From Candidatus Moraniibacteriota bacterium (GTDB lineage Bacteria; Patescibacteriota; Minisyncoccia; Moranbacterales; UBA1568), in assembly GCA_028688415.1 (NCBI GenBank), contig JAQTYF010000001.1:780020-844019 (forward strand): a stretch of DNA of 64,000 nt. Direction: 5' to 3'. The notes under the pieces are model-generated. The model ran no database searches. It had not been told where the DNA came from and saw only the letters and a program-made list of their open reading frames with translations. A program made the position numbers and the translations under genes. This document shows, one piece after another, positions 29,274 through 38,368 of the stretch. Each line of letters opens with the position of its first letter. The first letter of the stretch is position 1.

Positions 29274-30641
29274 ATGTTTGAAAATCCAGCTGAAGTAAAA
29301 CCTAAACCAAAAGAAGAGGCACTCGATACGCAATGGTATTCTCAGTTTGAAAAAATTGGCAGTTTTCAGGCTTACGAATATTTTGATGGTGATAAACAAA
29401 CAAGAGAAAGAGAAAAACAAACATTTCTCGCTGGAGAAAAAGAAAATCCAGAGCTTGACTACCCTTTGCTGAACCTTGAAAATATAGCAAGTCGCGAGGG
29501 AGATCTTCTTCGTCTGAAAGAGTTGATCCTTAATGAGGAGGAGAATGAGGTGGTAAAACAAGTATATTGGTGGAAGCTGAATGAGAAGATTGCTGAAAAT
29601 CGTTTGCTCAAGGCAGCCGCCACTGGCGATCAGAGGAAATTCAAACGATACTCAGAATTCATCTACGGAAAACCATCACCTGAAATCTTTGCTTACTCTT
29701 TAGGAAGAGTAAGACAAATTATGAAAAAAGCAGACGAAAGTGAAAATGAGGAAATTCGAGTACTTGGTAGTGAGTTTGCCTCACTATTTTCCATAAAAGA
29801 TGCTTTTTCTGTGACTATTCCTTCAAGGGAAGTTCAAGCTGTAGCAAGAGAATCAACATTGGAAAGTGTCGGTGACTTAGTGAATATCAATGTTGACTCG
29901 GATCAAGAATTTTCTGCGGAAGAGATTAAGGTGCTTTTTGAAGGTGCGCTCCAAGAGTTATCTTCTGAAGGTTGGATAGTAGTGATTAATCCAAATAAGA
30001 GTGGTATAAGTGTCAACCAAGAAAAAAAGTCTGTAGAAATCCCTGAAAATAAAAAACTTTCTCTCCGTGCCCTCAAGGGTCTGATAGCACACGAAATTGG
30101 AACACACGCCGCTAGAAGAATTCGCGGGGAGAGAACGAAACTCAAGATGCTTGGTTTGGGATTTGATCGTTATGAAGCAGGAGAAGAAGGTATAACAGGA
30201 CTGAGAGAACAAGTCCTCGAAGGAGAGGTAAAGGACTTTTCTGGATTTGATGGGCATTTTGCTATCAGTCTTGCTACTGGGGTTGACGGCCATCCTCGTG
30301 ATTTTCGACAAACTTTTGAAATTTTAAAAAAATATTACCATCTTCAGAATATGCTGAAAGGTATGCCAAGAGAAGAATCTGAAAAAAAAGCCGAGACTTC
30401 TGCCTGGGGAAGATGTGTGAGGACATTCCGCGGGACGAATTCTCAGACTCCGGGAATTTGTTTTACGAAAGACATTATTTATCGTGAAGGAAATATAGCA
30501 ATATGGGAATCTGTTGCTAAAAATACTCCAGAAATGAGCAGGTGGGATGTGGGAAAATATGATCCTTCCAACCCACGTCATATTTGGATTCTTGATCAGT
30601 TGAATATTACTGACGAACAACTTCAGTCGCTTGAAAAATAG
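29274..30641 (+). CDS. DUF1704 / MATCAP-like Zn carboxypeptidase
   Basis: HEIGTH (HExxxH), downstream EEGI, RTFRG...FTKDIIYREG and GK motifs. Confidence 0.72.
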   Translation: MFENPAEVKPKPKEEALDTQWYSQFEKIGSFQAYEYFDGDKQTREREKQTFLAGEKENPELDYPLLNLENIASREGDLLRLKELILNEEENEVVKQVYWWKLNEKIAENRLLKAAATGDQRKFKRYSEFIYGKPSPEIFAYSLGRVRQIMKKADESENEEIRVLGSEFASLFSIKDAFSVTIPSREVQAVARESTLESVGDLVNINVDSDQEFSAEEIKVLFEGALQELSSEGWIVVINPNKSGISVNQEKKSVEIPENKKLSLRALKGLIAHEIGTHAARRIRGERTKLKMLGLGFDRYEAGEEGITGLREQVLEGEVKDFSGFDGHFAISLATGVDGHPRDFRQTFEILKKYYHLQNMLKGMPREESEKKAETSAWGRCVRTFRGTNSQTPGICFTKDIIYREGNIAIWESVAKNTPEMSRWDVGKYDPSNPRHIWILDQLNITDEQLQSLEK

Positions 30642-30709
30642 AGAATCGTCTTCTCTGTAAATATACATCCATAGAATTTCCTATTGAATTCATGGAGATG
30701 AACAATGTC

Positions 30710-31660
30710 TTACAAAGAAGATCTCTTTTCAAGGGAATCAATAAAATTTTTACAAAATTTTCTCCGATTTTCTCCGGTGATTGAGCCTTTGAACCCTATT
30801 TGATCGTTTATTTCAAAAATATAAGGAGTGCCATCTCGATCGATTCCAAAATCTATTGAATAAAAAGGAGAAGAAAATGCAGCATCAATCAGAGGGTGGA
30901 CTTTACTTACAATAGACCGAAGCGCAACAGGAGCATCCTCATACGAAAATTCAAAACATTGGCCACCCTGACTTATATTCGCGCGAAGCTCTCCTTTTTT
31001 TGGTTCACGTGCCTGGAGCAGTATAGGCGTACTGTTTATTATTATAATACGGAGGTCGTGGCGTCCAGAAATGATATTTGGCACACCATTACTCGTATCA
31101 ACAAATTTCTGAAGAATAAACTTTTTGTCTGGCACAAGAAGAGCAGAAGTGATGTTCTCTGCTTCGGTAATAATAACTCCCTTTCCGCCAAACCCGTCTA
31201 CTGGTTTGAATACTGCCATTTCTTGCGGATGGAATAATAGCCGAGCAGTTTCAAGGTCCTGTTTTGAAGAGATGGGAAAGGTTTTTGGCATGTATTCTTT
31301 GAGGAGCTCATAGGTGAGATCTTTATTGTTGGCAAGTTTTTTGAAGGCGAGAGAATTGAGTGTTTTATGATCAATGTCAGGTGTTGGGAAGTCTTTTCGT
31401 ATGCTTCGATCAAAAATGGCATCAAAAAGAACTTTCTTTTCTTGGAACTCAAATTGTTCCCCGGTAAAAAAGAGTATATTTTCAAATTCCATTCCACCGT
31501 GATGAATGGTAGGTTTTACTCCGAGATACATATCGAGCCCTCGTGATCTTCCTTCATGAAAAAGAGACCAATAAATTTCTCTACGATCGGGAATATGAGC
31601 GTATGGGTCGGTTGCTACTTCTTTTTTTGTGAAGTAGATGAGGATTTTTTTATTTGGCAT
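30710..31660 (-). CDS. ATP-grasp ligase (RimK/YheCD-like)
   Basis: KPVDGFGGKGV, ILQKFV, DLRI, ANISQGG and SIDF...FEIN motifs. Confidence 0.82.
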   Translation of the reverse strand: MPNKKILIYFTKKEVATDPYAHIPDRREIYWSLFHEGRSRGLDMYLGVKPTIHHGGMEFENILFFTGEQFEFQEKKVLFDAIFDRSIRKDFPTPDIDHKTLNSLAFKKLANNKDLTYELLKEYMPKTFPISSKQDLETARLLFHPQEMAVFKPVDGFGGKGVIITEAENITSALLVPDKKFILQKFVDTSNGVPNIISGRHDLRIIIINSTPILLQAREPKKGELRANISQGGQCFEFSYEDAPVALRSIVSKVHPLIDAAFSSPFYSIDFGIDRDGTPYIFEINDQIGFKGSITGENRRKFCKNFIDSLEKRSSL

Positions 31661-32532
31661 AAGTAGTTGAAGAGAGAAATAATTTCTGTTGATTGCGGAT
31701 CTTCTGGTGTGAATCCAGGAGAGCGATTTACTTCAAAGAGGTACATCTTTTTATTTTTTGAAGAAATAACAATATCTACGCCAGCAACCTCAATATGTAA
31801 AATTCTTGATGCTTTTAGTGCGAGTGTCCGAAGCGGTGATGAAATTTTTCTTGGGTCAGAATAGGTTTCTGTTCCGCCGAGACTCGCGTTGTTTCGAAAG
31901 TCCTCGTCAATTTTTCGTGTACGCTCTTCGAGTGCACCGACAACATTCCCGGTGATAAATATACGAAAATCTGATTGATTAGGAATAAACTCTTGAAGAA
32001 TAAGTTTCTCAATGTCACTATGATCGAGAAGGGAAAGAAGTTCTTCTCTAGTGCGTATAAGAAATACTCCTTTGCCTTGTCGAGAAAGTATTTTTTTAGC
32101 AACAAGAGGGAGTTTGAGAAATTTTTCAGCACGAAGTAATTTTTCTTTGTTGTAAGAAGGTGAAAAATATGTTTTCGGAACAGGAAGTCCATTTTCTGCG
32201 AGAACAAACATTTGGGAAAGTTTTCCATTGATAGAACCAAAAACATGATGAGTATCGACAAAGGGAATATTCCTTTTTTGGAGGTAGAGTGCGACAAGAG
32301 TGGCGATGGGTTGGTATTTCCCGGCACGTTTTATATAAACACTATCAAAGCATGAAAGAATTTTCCCATCACAAAGAATACGAGTATTATCTTTCACGAT
32401 AAAAAATTCCATGGATTGAAAATTTCCAAGTTCGTAGAAAAATAAATTCTCAAACATTTTTTTGAGAAGAGGATCAAGACTTTTTAGATCAGTGATTACT
32501 TTGTGAGTCGGCTTGTCAGTAAGGATAAGCAT
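31615..32532 (-). CDS. RimK family ATP-grasp ligase
   Basis: LPVPKT, QGKGV, LQEFI, DFRIF, FRNNASLGG and GVDI...FEVNRSPG motifs. Confidence 0.87.
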   Translation of the reverse strand: MLILTDKPTHKVITDLKSLDPLLKKMFENLFFYELGNFQSMEFFIVKDNTRILCDGKILSCFDSVYIKRAGKYQPIATLVALYLQKRNIPFVDTHHVFGSINGKLSQMFVLAENGLPVPKTYFSPSYNKEKLLRAEKFLKLPLVAKKILSRQGKGVFLIRTREELLSLLDHSDIEKLILQEFIPNQSDFRIFITGNVVGALEERTRKIDEDFRNNASLGGTETYSDPRKISSPLRTLALKASRILHIEVAGVDIVISSKNKKMYLFEVNRSPGFTPEDPQSTEIISLFNYLCQIKKSSSTSQKKK

Positions 32533-32536
32533 AATA

Positions 32537-33931
32537 CTATTTGTTCACATCGATAAGAAACTTTTTCAAATGTTTTCGTCCTATAATAACAGGATATGCC
32601 AGATGTGATCGATCGATACACGAAACTTTGGCTGGAAAAGTCAAAGCATCAACAGTGAGAGATATGAGTATTGCTGGTCGATAAGAAATACCATGAGAAG
32701 ATCGAATGAGCAGAGTGTCAGCGAGATCCGGAATAGAAGAGAAGAGTTTTTCACGTTCTTCTTTGGAAAGCTCAGTGAGAACATCTCTCCCCGCCACTTT
32801 TTCTTCGAATTTTTTTAAAACATCTTCGAATCCGAGTTGTTTCGCGAGTTCGATATCGATTGATGTCGAGTCGGCTCCAGTATCTATCTTTGCCTCCACT
32901 TCGATTTCCTTCCCATCTTTTCCTACGAGTTTTATTTTTTCGATACTTCCAATGACATGCTTACCAGAAATTTCCTCGATTTCCTCTTCGATCTCGCCAC
33001 CAAAGAGATTTTTTCCTACCCGCACTCCTCGCTCGGTTGTTTTTATTTTGAGTCCAGAAATACGCTTGAGACGTTCCTTGAGACCGCTCAAATTTGCGAG
33101 CTGGATAGAGAGTCCCGGACGGGCATTGAGTTCGAGAATCACTGGACCACGATCACGATCGATAGCGACATCTGCTCCGAGAAAACCAAGCCCTGAGACT
33201 CTCTGAGCATCAACAGCCATACGAAGAATATTGTTCCAGTACGGAATTTTTATTCCAGAAAGAGCAAGGCGCGTTCCTGGAACGTATTCGATAATATGTC
33301 CTTTTCCCAAGATAGCACTGGTTGTTGTTCCGGTAGCGAGGTCAATGCCGACTCCGATGGCGCCTTGTTGAAGGTTGGCTTTGCCGTCTGAAGCACGCGT
33401 TGGGAGGCGGAGCATGGCCATTACAGGTATATTGTTGAAGATAATAATACGTATATCAGGAATGCCCTTGAAAGCATACGGCTTGAAGAGTTTGAGGAGC
33501 TTCAATCGTTCCTCAAAAAAAGCGACATCAGGAATATTGGAAAGAGAAAATGATCCATCAATAATATTGCGGATATGATTTTTGAGATCTTCTGCGGTTA
33601 TTGTTGAGCCGTTCGCCTTGATCCAGACGAGCGGATTATTTTTTTTTCGGGCATAAACGACGACAATACCCTCTCCTCCGAAGCCACGATTCGGCTTGAG
33701 AGCAAAGCTATCAGGAAGGGATCTAAAATCGAAAGCATCAAGCTCCTCGTAATTTTTAATTTTTGCAATCAGCGTCGAAACACCAAGATTATTTTTTTGT
33801 AAAATGCGTTTACAAAGAAGTTTGCTATCCGCAATTTCCATACTTTTTCGACGATTGTAGGGTCGAATATAATCGAGATTACGGGCGTTCATACCAAGTA
33901 ATCCACGATTTTTTTTGAAGAATTCAAGCAT
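32537..33931 (-). CDS. Alpha-L-glutamate ligase-like ATP-grasp fused to RimB-like retropepsin
   Basis: LGMNARN, PDIRII, MAMLRLPT, ANLQQG, ELNARPGL; C-terminal AKIDTGADSTSI...IIGRK. Confidence 0.87.
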   Translation of the reverse strand: MLEFFKKNRGLLGMNARNLDYIRPYNRRKSMEIADSKLLCKRILQKNNLGVSTLIAKIKNYEELDAFDFRSLPDSFALKPNRGFGGEGIVVVYARKKNNPLVWIKANGSTITAEDLKNHIRNIIDGSFSLSNIPDVAFFEERLKLLKLFKPYAFKGIPDIRIIIFNNIPVMAMLRLPTRASDGKANLQQGAIGVGIDLATGTTTSAILGKGHIIEYVPGTRLALSGIKIPYWNNILRMAVDAQRVSGLGFLGADVAIDRDRGPVILELNARPGLSIQLANLSGLKERLKRISGLKIKTTERGVRVGKNLFGGEIEEEIEEISGKHVIGSIEKIKLVGKDGKEIEVEAKIDTGADSTSIDIELAKQLGFEDVLKKFEEKVAGRDVLTELSKEEREKLFSSIPDLADTLLIRSSHGISYRPAILISLTVDALTFPAKVSCIDRSHLAYPVIIGRKHLKKFLIDVNK

Positions 33932-34014
33932 AGAACATGACAAGAAGAAAGAAAAATTCTTTTTCAAAAATAAAAAAATAAGAGAAAAATGTTTTTGTGC
34001 TCAGAATGCATTCT

Positions 34015-34671
34015 TTAGAGATAGCGAGCAATTTTTCGAAAACGAAGATATTCCGTAATACGAAGACCTGTCCATTTGCCGAGGGAAAAATTGATAACAA
34101 AAGTAAAAAGCACCACCCAAGGATATGCTAAAAGAAGATTGGCGAGGGTTTCCCAAGAAATAAGAAAATAGCCAATAACGGAAATAACAAGTGTTTCTGT
34201 TGCAAGAATGAAAGCTATCTTGCTCCCTTTTTCTATCTGAGTAGCAATGAACTTTTCAGCAAGAGTAATCATGATAAGGAGAGGGAAGATAGAAACCGAT
34301 GCGAGACCGGTACGATGATACATCCCACCTATGACGAGTACCATAAGAATAGCAAGAGATACGATAGAGAGGGTGATGGCAACACGAGGAAGATAAAGAA
34401 GACGAAATCTTTTCAGTATGAAACGCGTAACCATTCCAACAAGAATGACGCTGACAAAAATAGCGATACCGTATTTAACTCCATTTGGATCAAACGCAAT
34501 CAACGCAAAGGTGATAATGGAGGGGGTATAGATACCGAACGCTTTGATGCCGATTACCTGACGAAAAAAAGCGACAAGAGTGGCGACAAGGGGGAGCATA
34601 AGGAGAAGAAGAACCGTCTGAAGAGGGACTCCTTGTTCGACACAAAACTGTACGAGAGAATGATAGTGCAT
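34015..34671 (-). CDS. 7TM domain protein (7TM_transglut-like)
   Basis: RQVIGIKAFGIYTP, LLYLPR, FPLLIMITLAE and GKWTGLRITEYLRF motifs. Confidence 0.83.
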   Translation of the reverse strand: MHYHSLVQFCVEQGVPLQTVLLLLMLPLVATLVAFFRQVIGIKAFGIYTPSIITFALIAFDPNGVKYGIAIFVSVILVGMVTRFILKRFRLLYLPRVAITLSIVSLAILMVLVIGGMYHRTGLASVSIFPLLIMITLAEKFIATQIEKGSKIAFILATETLVISVIGYFLISWETLANLLLAYPWVVLFTFVINFSLGKWTGLRITEYLRFRKIARYL

Positions 34672-34676
34672 AAAAA

Positions 34677-34747
34677 AATTTTCAATTTTCAATTTTCAAT
34701 TTCTAAACAATGATACGATTTTAGAATTTGTGCGTTGAAAATTATTA
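34677..34747. repeat. 7-bp-periodic tract (AATTTTC)n
   Basis: AATTTTC x3 then AATTTCTAAACAAT, shared with 55801-55907. Confidence 0.65.
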
Positions 34748-34768
34748 AAAAAAATGAGGAATGAGATA

Positions 34769-35260
34769 TTAGGAATTCTTTATAGCTTCCATTTTACGGC
34801 GACTGGCATGACAGAGAGCAACAGCGAGCGCGTCAGCAACATCGTCTGGTTTTGGTATAGCAGCAAGTTTCAGAAGTGCTTTCACCATAAGCTGTACCTG
34901 CGCCTTTTCTGCGCGTCCATAATTCGTCAAAGCTTGTTTGATTTCGAGGGGGGTGTAGTCAGAAATAGTAACACATAAATTCTCCAATGTCAATACGATA
35001 CAGCCACGAGCTTGAGCGACAGGAATGACTGTTTTTTGATTTTTGAAGAAAAAAAGTTCTTCAATACCTGCTTCCTCCGGATGATATTCATTGACAATAT
35101 CGGTAAGGTTACGAGAAATCTCGAGAAGTCGTTTGGAAAGAGGAAGATCTTTGGAAGTAGTGATGTGGCCATAAGCAACAGCAGTCGTTTTATTCCCTAG
35201 TACATCGATGACCCCCCAGCCGACAATGGCGGTACCTGGATCAATGCCGAGTATTCTCAT
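34769..35260 (-). CDS. ruvC: Holliday junction resolvase RuvC
   Basis: ILGIDPG, EELFF, QARG and PDDVADALAVA motifs. Confidence 0.96.
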   Translation of the reverse strand: MRILGIDPGTAIVGWGVIDVLGNKTTAVAYGHITTSKDLPLSKRLLEISRNLTDIVNEYHPEEAGIEELFFFKNQKTVIPVAQARGCIVLTLENLCVTISDYTPLEIKQALTNYGRAEKAQVQLMVKALLKLAAIPKPDDVADALAVALCHASRRKMEAIKNS

Positions 35261-35298
35261 AGTGCCTGTGTTTTATAAAAAAAGAGAATGTCGTCAAA

Positions 35299-36021
35299 TT
35301 AACAAGCGTTGTTCCAGACTCGCTGTACGTCTTGATGATCCTCGAGCGTTTCGAGGAGTTTTTCGAGCGAAGAAGTATCGGTATCGCTTGGCGTTGCTGT
35401 TTGAAGCGGTATATAACCGAGCTCAGCACTTTCACAGACGATGGAGCGAGTACGAAAATATTCTTCGACAGACTGGAGTTTATCAACAGCAGTTACGACA
35501 ACAAACACTCCATCTTCAACAAAGAAATCATCAGCTCCAGATTCGAGAGTCTCTAGCTCGAGAGTCTCCACAGAATATTTTTCGAGAAGAAAAGTGATGA
35601 GTCCCGTTCTACGAAAGAGAAAACTCACCGCACCAGCGGCGACAAACTTTCCATTTCCTTTTGTCAGCAGTGATTTTATTTCGCTTACCGTACGATTTCT
35701 ATTGTCAGTCGCTGTCTCAATAATAAGTGCAACTTGACCAGGTCCATATCCTTCGTACAAAATTTCTTCAATTTGTGCGCCATCTTTGGACTCACCAGTC
35801 CCAACCTTGATTGCTCTATCGATATTTTCTTTTGGCATGTTGACGCTTTTTGCTTGGTCAATAGCCAGCCGAAGTTTAAAATTCATATCTGGATTTCCAC
35901 TTCCGCCTTCGCGAGCAGCGATAGTGATGAGTCTTCCATATTTTGTGAAAACAATTCCTCTTTTGGCATCATTGATACCTTTCTGATGTTTGTGAGTCGC
36001 CCAGTGTGAATGTCCTGACAT
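35299..36021 (-). CDS. yebC: YebC/PmpR family protein
   Basis: MSGHSHW, YEGYGPG, TDNRNRT and LEDHQDVQ motifs. Confidence 0.95.
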   Translation of the reverse strand: MSGHSHWATHKHQKGINDAKRGIVFTKYGRLITIAAREGGSGNPDMNFKLRLAIDQAKSVNMPKENIDRAIKVGTGESKDGAQIEEILYEGYGPGQVALIIETATDNRNRTVSEIKSLLTKGNGKFVAAGAVSFLFRRTGLITFLLEKYSVETLELETLESGADDFFVEDGVFVVVTAVDKLQSVEEYFRTRSIVCESAELGYIPLQTATPSDTDTSSLEKLLETLEDHQDVQRVWNNAC

Positions 36022-36106
36022 AGAGTAAAAATAAAAAAGAAATAAAAAACAAAAGACAATCCATTCTATCAACTTTGTGAAAAAAATCAACCTCTGAAAG
36101 AATTGT

Positions 36107-36652
36107 TTAGTGGAGACCGCTCGAGCGTGTATGCTCAGTTCTTTTCATGATAATATCCTTGATTTTGTAGGGATCAGGGACCATTCGAAACATGAATCGT
36201 TCTTGTTCTGCTGCGGTTTGTATAGAAACATCACCAAAATTGAGTATAGTCGGGAGTATGCCGTCGACACTTGTCGTCACATCTTGAATGTTACGAAAAT
36301 TGAGCTCACTGATATGTCTATCAAAGAGACCTCGTTGTTCTATGTTGACGATACGTTCATTGGTGATGATCCAGGTATCAAAATAATAATCAATCCAGGT
36401 GAGAAATCCGAAAAGCCAAATAAACAGAAAAAAAGTGTTTTCAAGAAAGAGAAAAAGTTGTTTTTGAGATATGTTGAGAAAATCAGGAAAAAGAAAAAAA
36501 AGAAAAATAAAACCAGAAAGAAGGAGAGAAGAAAAGAAGAGAATAAAAATAAAACGAGAGAGAATATCGAACCAATGACGATGAATGATTTCGACTACTT
36601 CCTCGCCATCTCTTTGCCCAGTGAAATGAAAACGATGAAATGCATGTATCAT
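36107..36652 (-). CDS. Membrane protein with bacterial PH domain
   Basis: Two TM helices then WIITNERIV...IQDV...FGDVSIQTA. Confidence 0.75.
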   Translation of the reverse strand: MIHAFHRFHFTGQRDGEEVVEIIHRHWFDILSRFIFILFFSSLLLSGFIFLFFLFPDFLNISQKQLFLFLENTFFLFIWLFGFLTWIDYYFDTWIITNERIVNIEQRGLFDRHISELNFRNIQDVTTSVDGILPTILNFGDVSIQTAAEQERFMFRMVPDPYKIKDIIMKRTEHTRSSGLH

Positions 36653-36660
36653 AAGAATTT

Positions 36661-36882
36661 TTAGAAAGAAAGGTTTGGGATCAATTGATCAAAAGGAAGC
36701 GAGAGAAAAAGAAGAAAATTCGTTATCAAAAGAAGAGTGAAAACCGAGAGAAATAATGTGATACCAAAAACAGCATAATTTTTTTTAAGAGAATAGCGAA
36801 AAATATGAAAGACAACAAAGAGTCCCATGAGTATATAACTGAAGAAGAGTACTATGTAAATGGCACTGAGAATTTGTGACAT
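36661..36882 (-). CDS. Small two-TM hypothetical protein
   Basis: Hydrophobic with a FHIFRYS loop; in operon with ruvB. Confidence 0.6.
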   Translation of the reverse strand: MSQILSAIYIVLFFSYILMGLFVVFHIFRYSLKKNYAVFGITLFLSVFTLLLITNFLLFLSLPFDQLIPNLSF

Positions 36883-36961
36883 AATTTGAAGAAAAAAAAC
36901 AACTCCGAACACTTTCTATAGTATCACTAGACACTCAAAAAGAAAATATGTTTTTTATTCT

Positions 36962-37975
36962 TTAGAGTAATTTATCCTGTTGATTCTTCGGAATCGGTAT
37001 ATGAAGATGCTCGTAGCCTTCGGGGGTGACGACTCGACCACGAGGAGTGCGTGCGAGAAAACCGAGTTGCAAGAGATAGGGTTCGACGACATCCTCAATC
37101 GTTTGCATTTCTTCTCCAGTAACAGATGCGACTGCTTGAAGTCCGGCTGGACCACCTTTGAATTTTGTGATGAGTGTTTCGAGAATATGACGATCAGTCG
37201 GCTCAAGTCCGAGATGGTCTATTTCATAGATAGCAAGAGCTTCATGTGCTACCGCTCCCGTGATAGTATCGAGATCTTTGGTTTGAGCATAATCACGGAC
37301 ACGCTTCAGGATACGATTGGCAACACGGGGGGTCTGGCGACTCGAAACAGCTATTTTTTTGGCGCCTTCAGCATCAAGCCCGATACTTAAAATACCAGAC
37401 GAACGCCTGACAATCTTTTCGATTTCCTCAGGAGTATAGAATTCGAGACGGTGCGTCGATCCAAAACGATTGCGGAGAGGAGCTGAGAGAGAGCCGAGCC
37501 GAGTGGTTGCTCCAATAAGTGTGAAGCGGGGGAGATCGAGTTGAATAGTACGCGCCGAGGGTCCTTTGCCAATAATAATATCGAGTTTATAGTCTTCCAT
37601 AGCGGGATAGAGCACCTCCTCAATCATTTTGTTGAGACGATGAATTTCATCAATAAAAAGAACGTCTCCATCGTCGAGATTCGTAAGAATAGATCCGAGA
37701 TCTCCTACTTTTTCAATCGCTGGACCAGAAGTTACCTTGATATTCACGTTCATCTCTTTGGCGATGATATGAGCGAGAGTTGTTTTTCCGAGTCCCGGAG
37801 GACCATACAGGAGTACGTGATCAATACGTTCCTCTCGTTTTTTTGCAGCCTGAATAAATATGTCTAGGTGACGTTTGATTTTTTCTTGACCAACATATTC
37901 TGAAAAATGCTGCGGACGAAGAGTGGCGTCGAAGTTTTGTTCATCGGCGAGTGTCGGATCAGAAAGGATATTCAT
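36962..37975 (-). CDS. ruvB: Holliday junction helicase RuvB
   Basis: [26 protein letters not shown] and RTPRGR motifs. Confidence 0.97.
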   Translation of the reverse strand: MNILSDPTLADEQNFDATLRPQHFSEYVGQEKIKRHLDIFIQAAKKREERIDHVLLYGPPGLGKTTLAHIIAKEMNVNIKVTSGPAIEKVGDLGSILTNLDDGDVLFIDEIHRLNKMIEEVLYPAMEDYKLDIIIGKGPSARTIQLDLPRFTLIGATTRLGSLSAPLRNRFGSTHRLEFYTPEEIEKIVRRSSGILSIGLDAEGAKKIAVSSRQTPRVANRILKRVRDYAQTKDLDTITGAVAHEALAIYEIDHLGLEPTDRHILETLITKFKGGPAGLQAVASVTGEEMQTIEDVVEPYLLQLGFLARTPRGRVVTPEGYEHLHIPIPKNQQDKLL

Positions 37976-38039
37976 AGAGTATAATAAGGCTTTATATAAG
38001 GAAAAAGTAGTCTTTTCTATAAAAACAGTATAACACATG

Positions 38040-38355
38040 TTGACAAAAGAATAAAGCTATGCTATTATGATTTTTCGCTTAATAAAAAAATATTGTATTT
38101 CTCGGTTCAAGAAGTTCCGTGCTTTGTACGTGACATTTTGATCGGGACTGTTTCATCTGTAGACAATTGGGGATTACTATCTTTTGTCCTCAATCGCGGA
38201 ACTGTTTGTCCAGATTTGGGTAGGGTGGTCTCGGCTGCGCTATACCTCGACACTTTTCTTTTCCTCAGGCTCCTATGCCAGAGGTTTGTCTACAGTTTAA
38301 ACAGGTTTTATGAAGCGAACGAAAAAAGAGACTCCAGCGAAAGAGTCTCTTTTTT
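38040..38355 (+). ncRNA. Candidate structured non-coding transcript
   Basis: TTGACA...TATTAT promoter, long paired arms, terminator at 38322-38355, no credible ORF. Confidence 0.35.
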
Positions 38356-38368
38356 ATTGCCAAAAATA

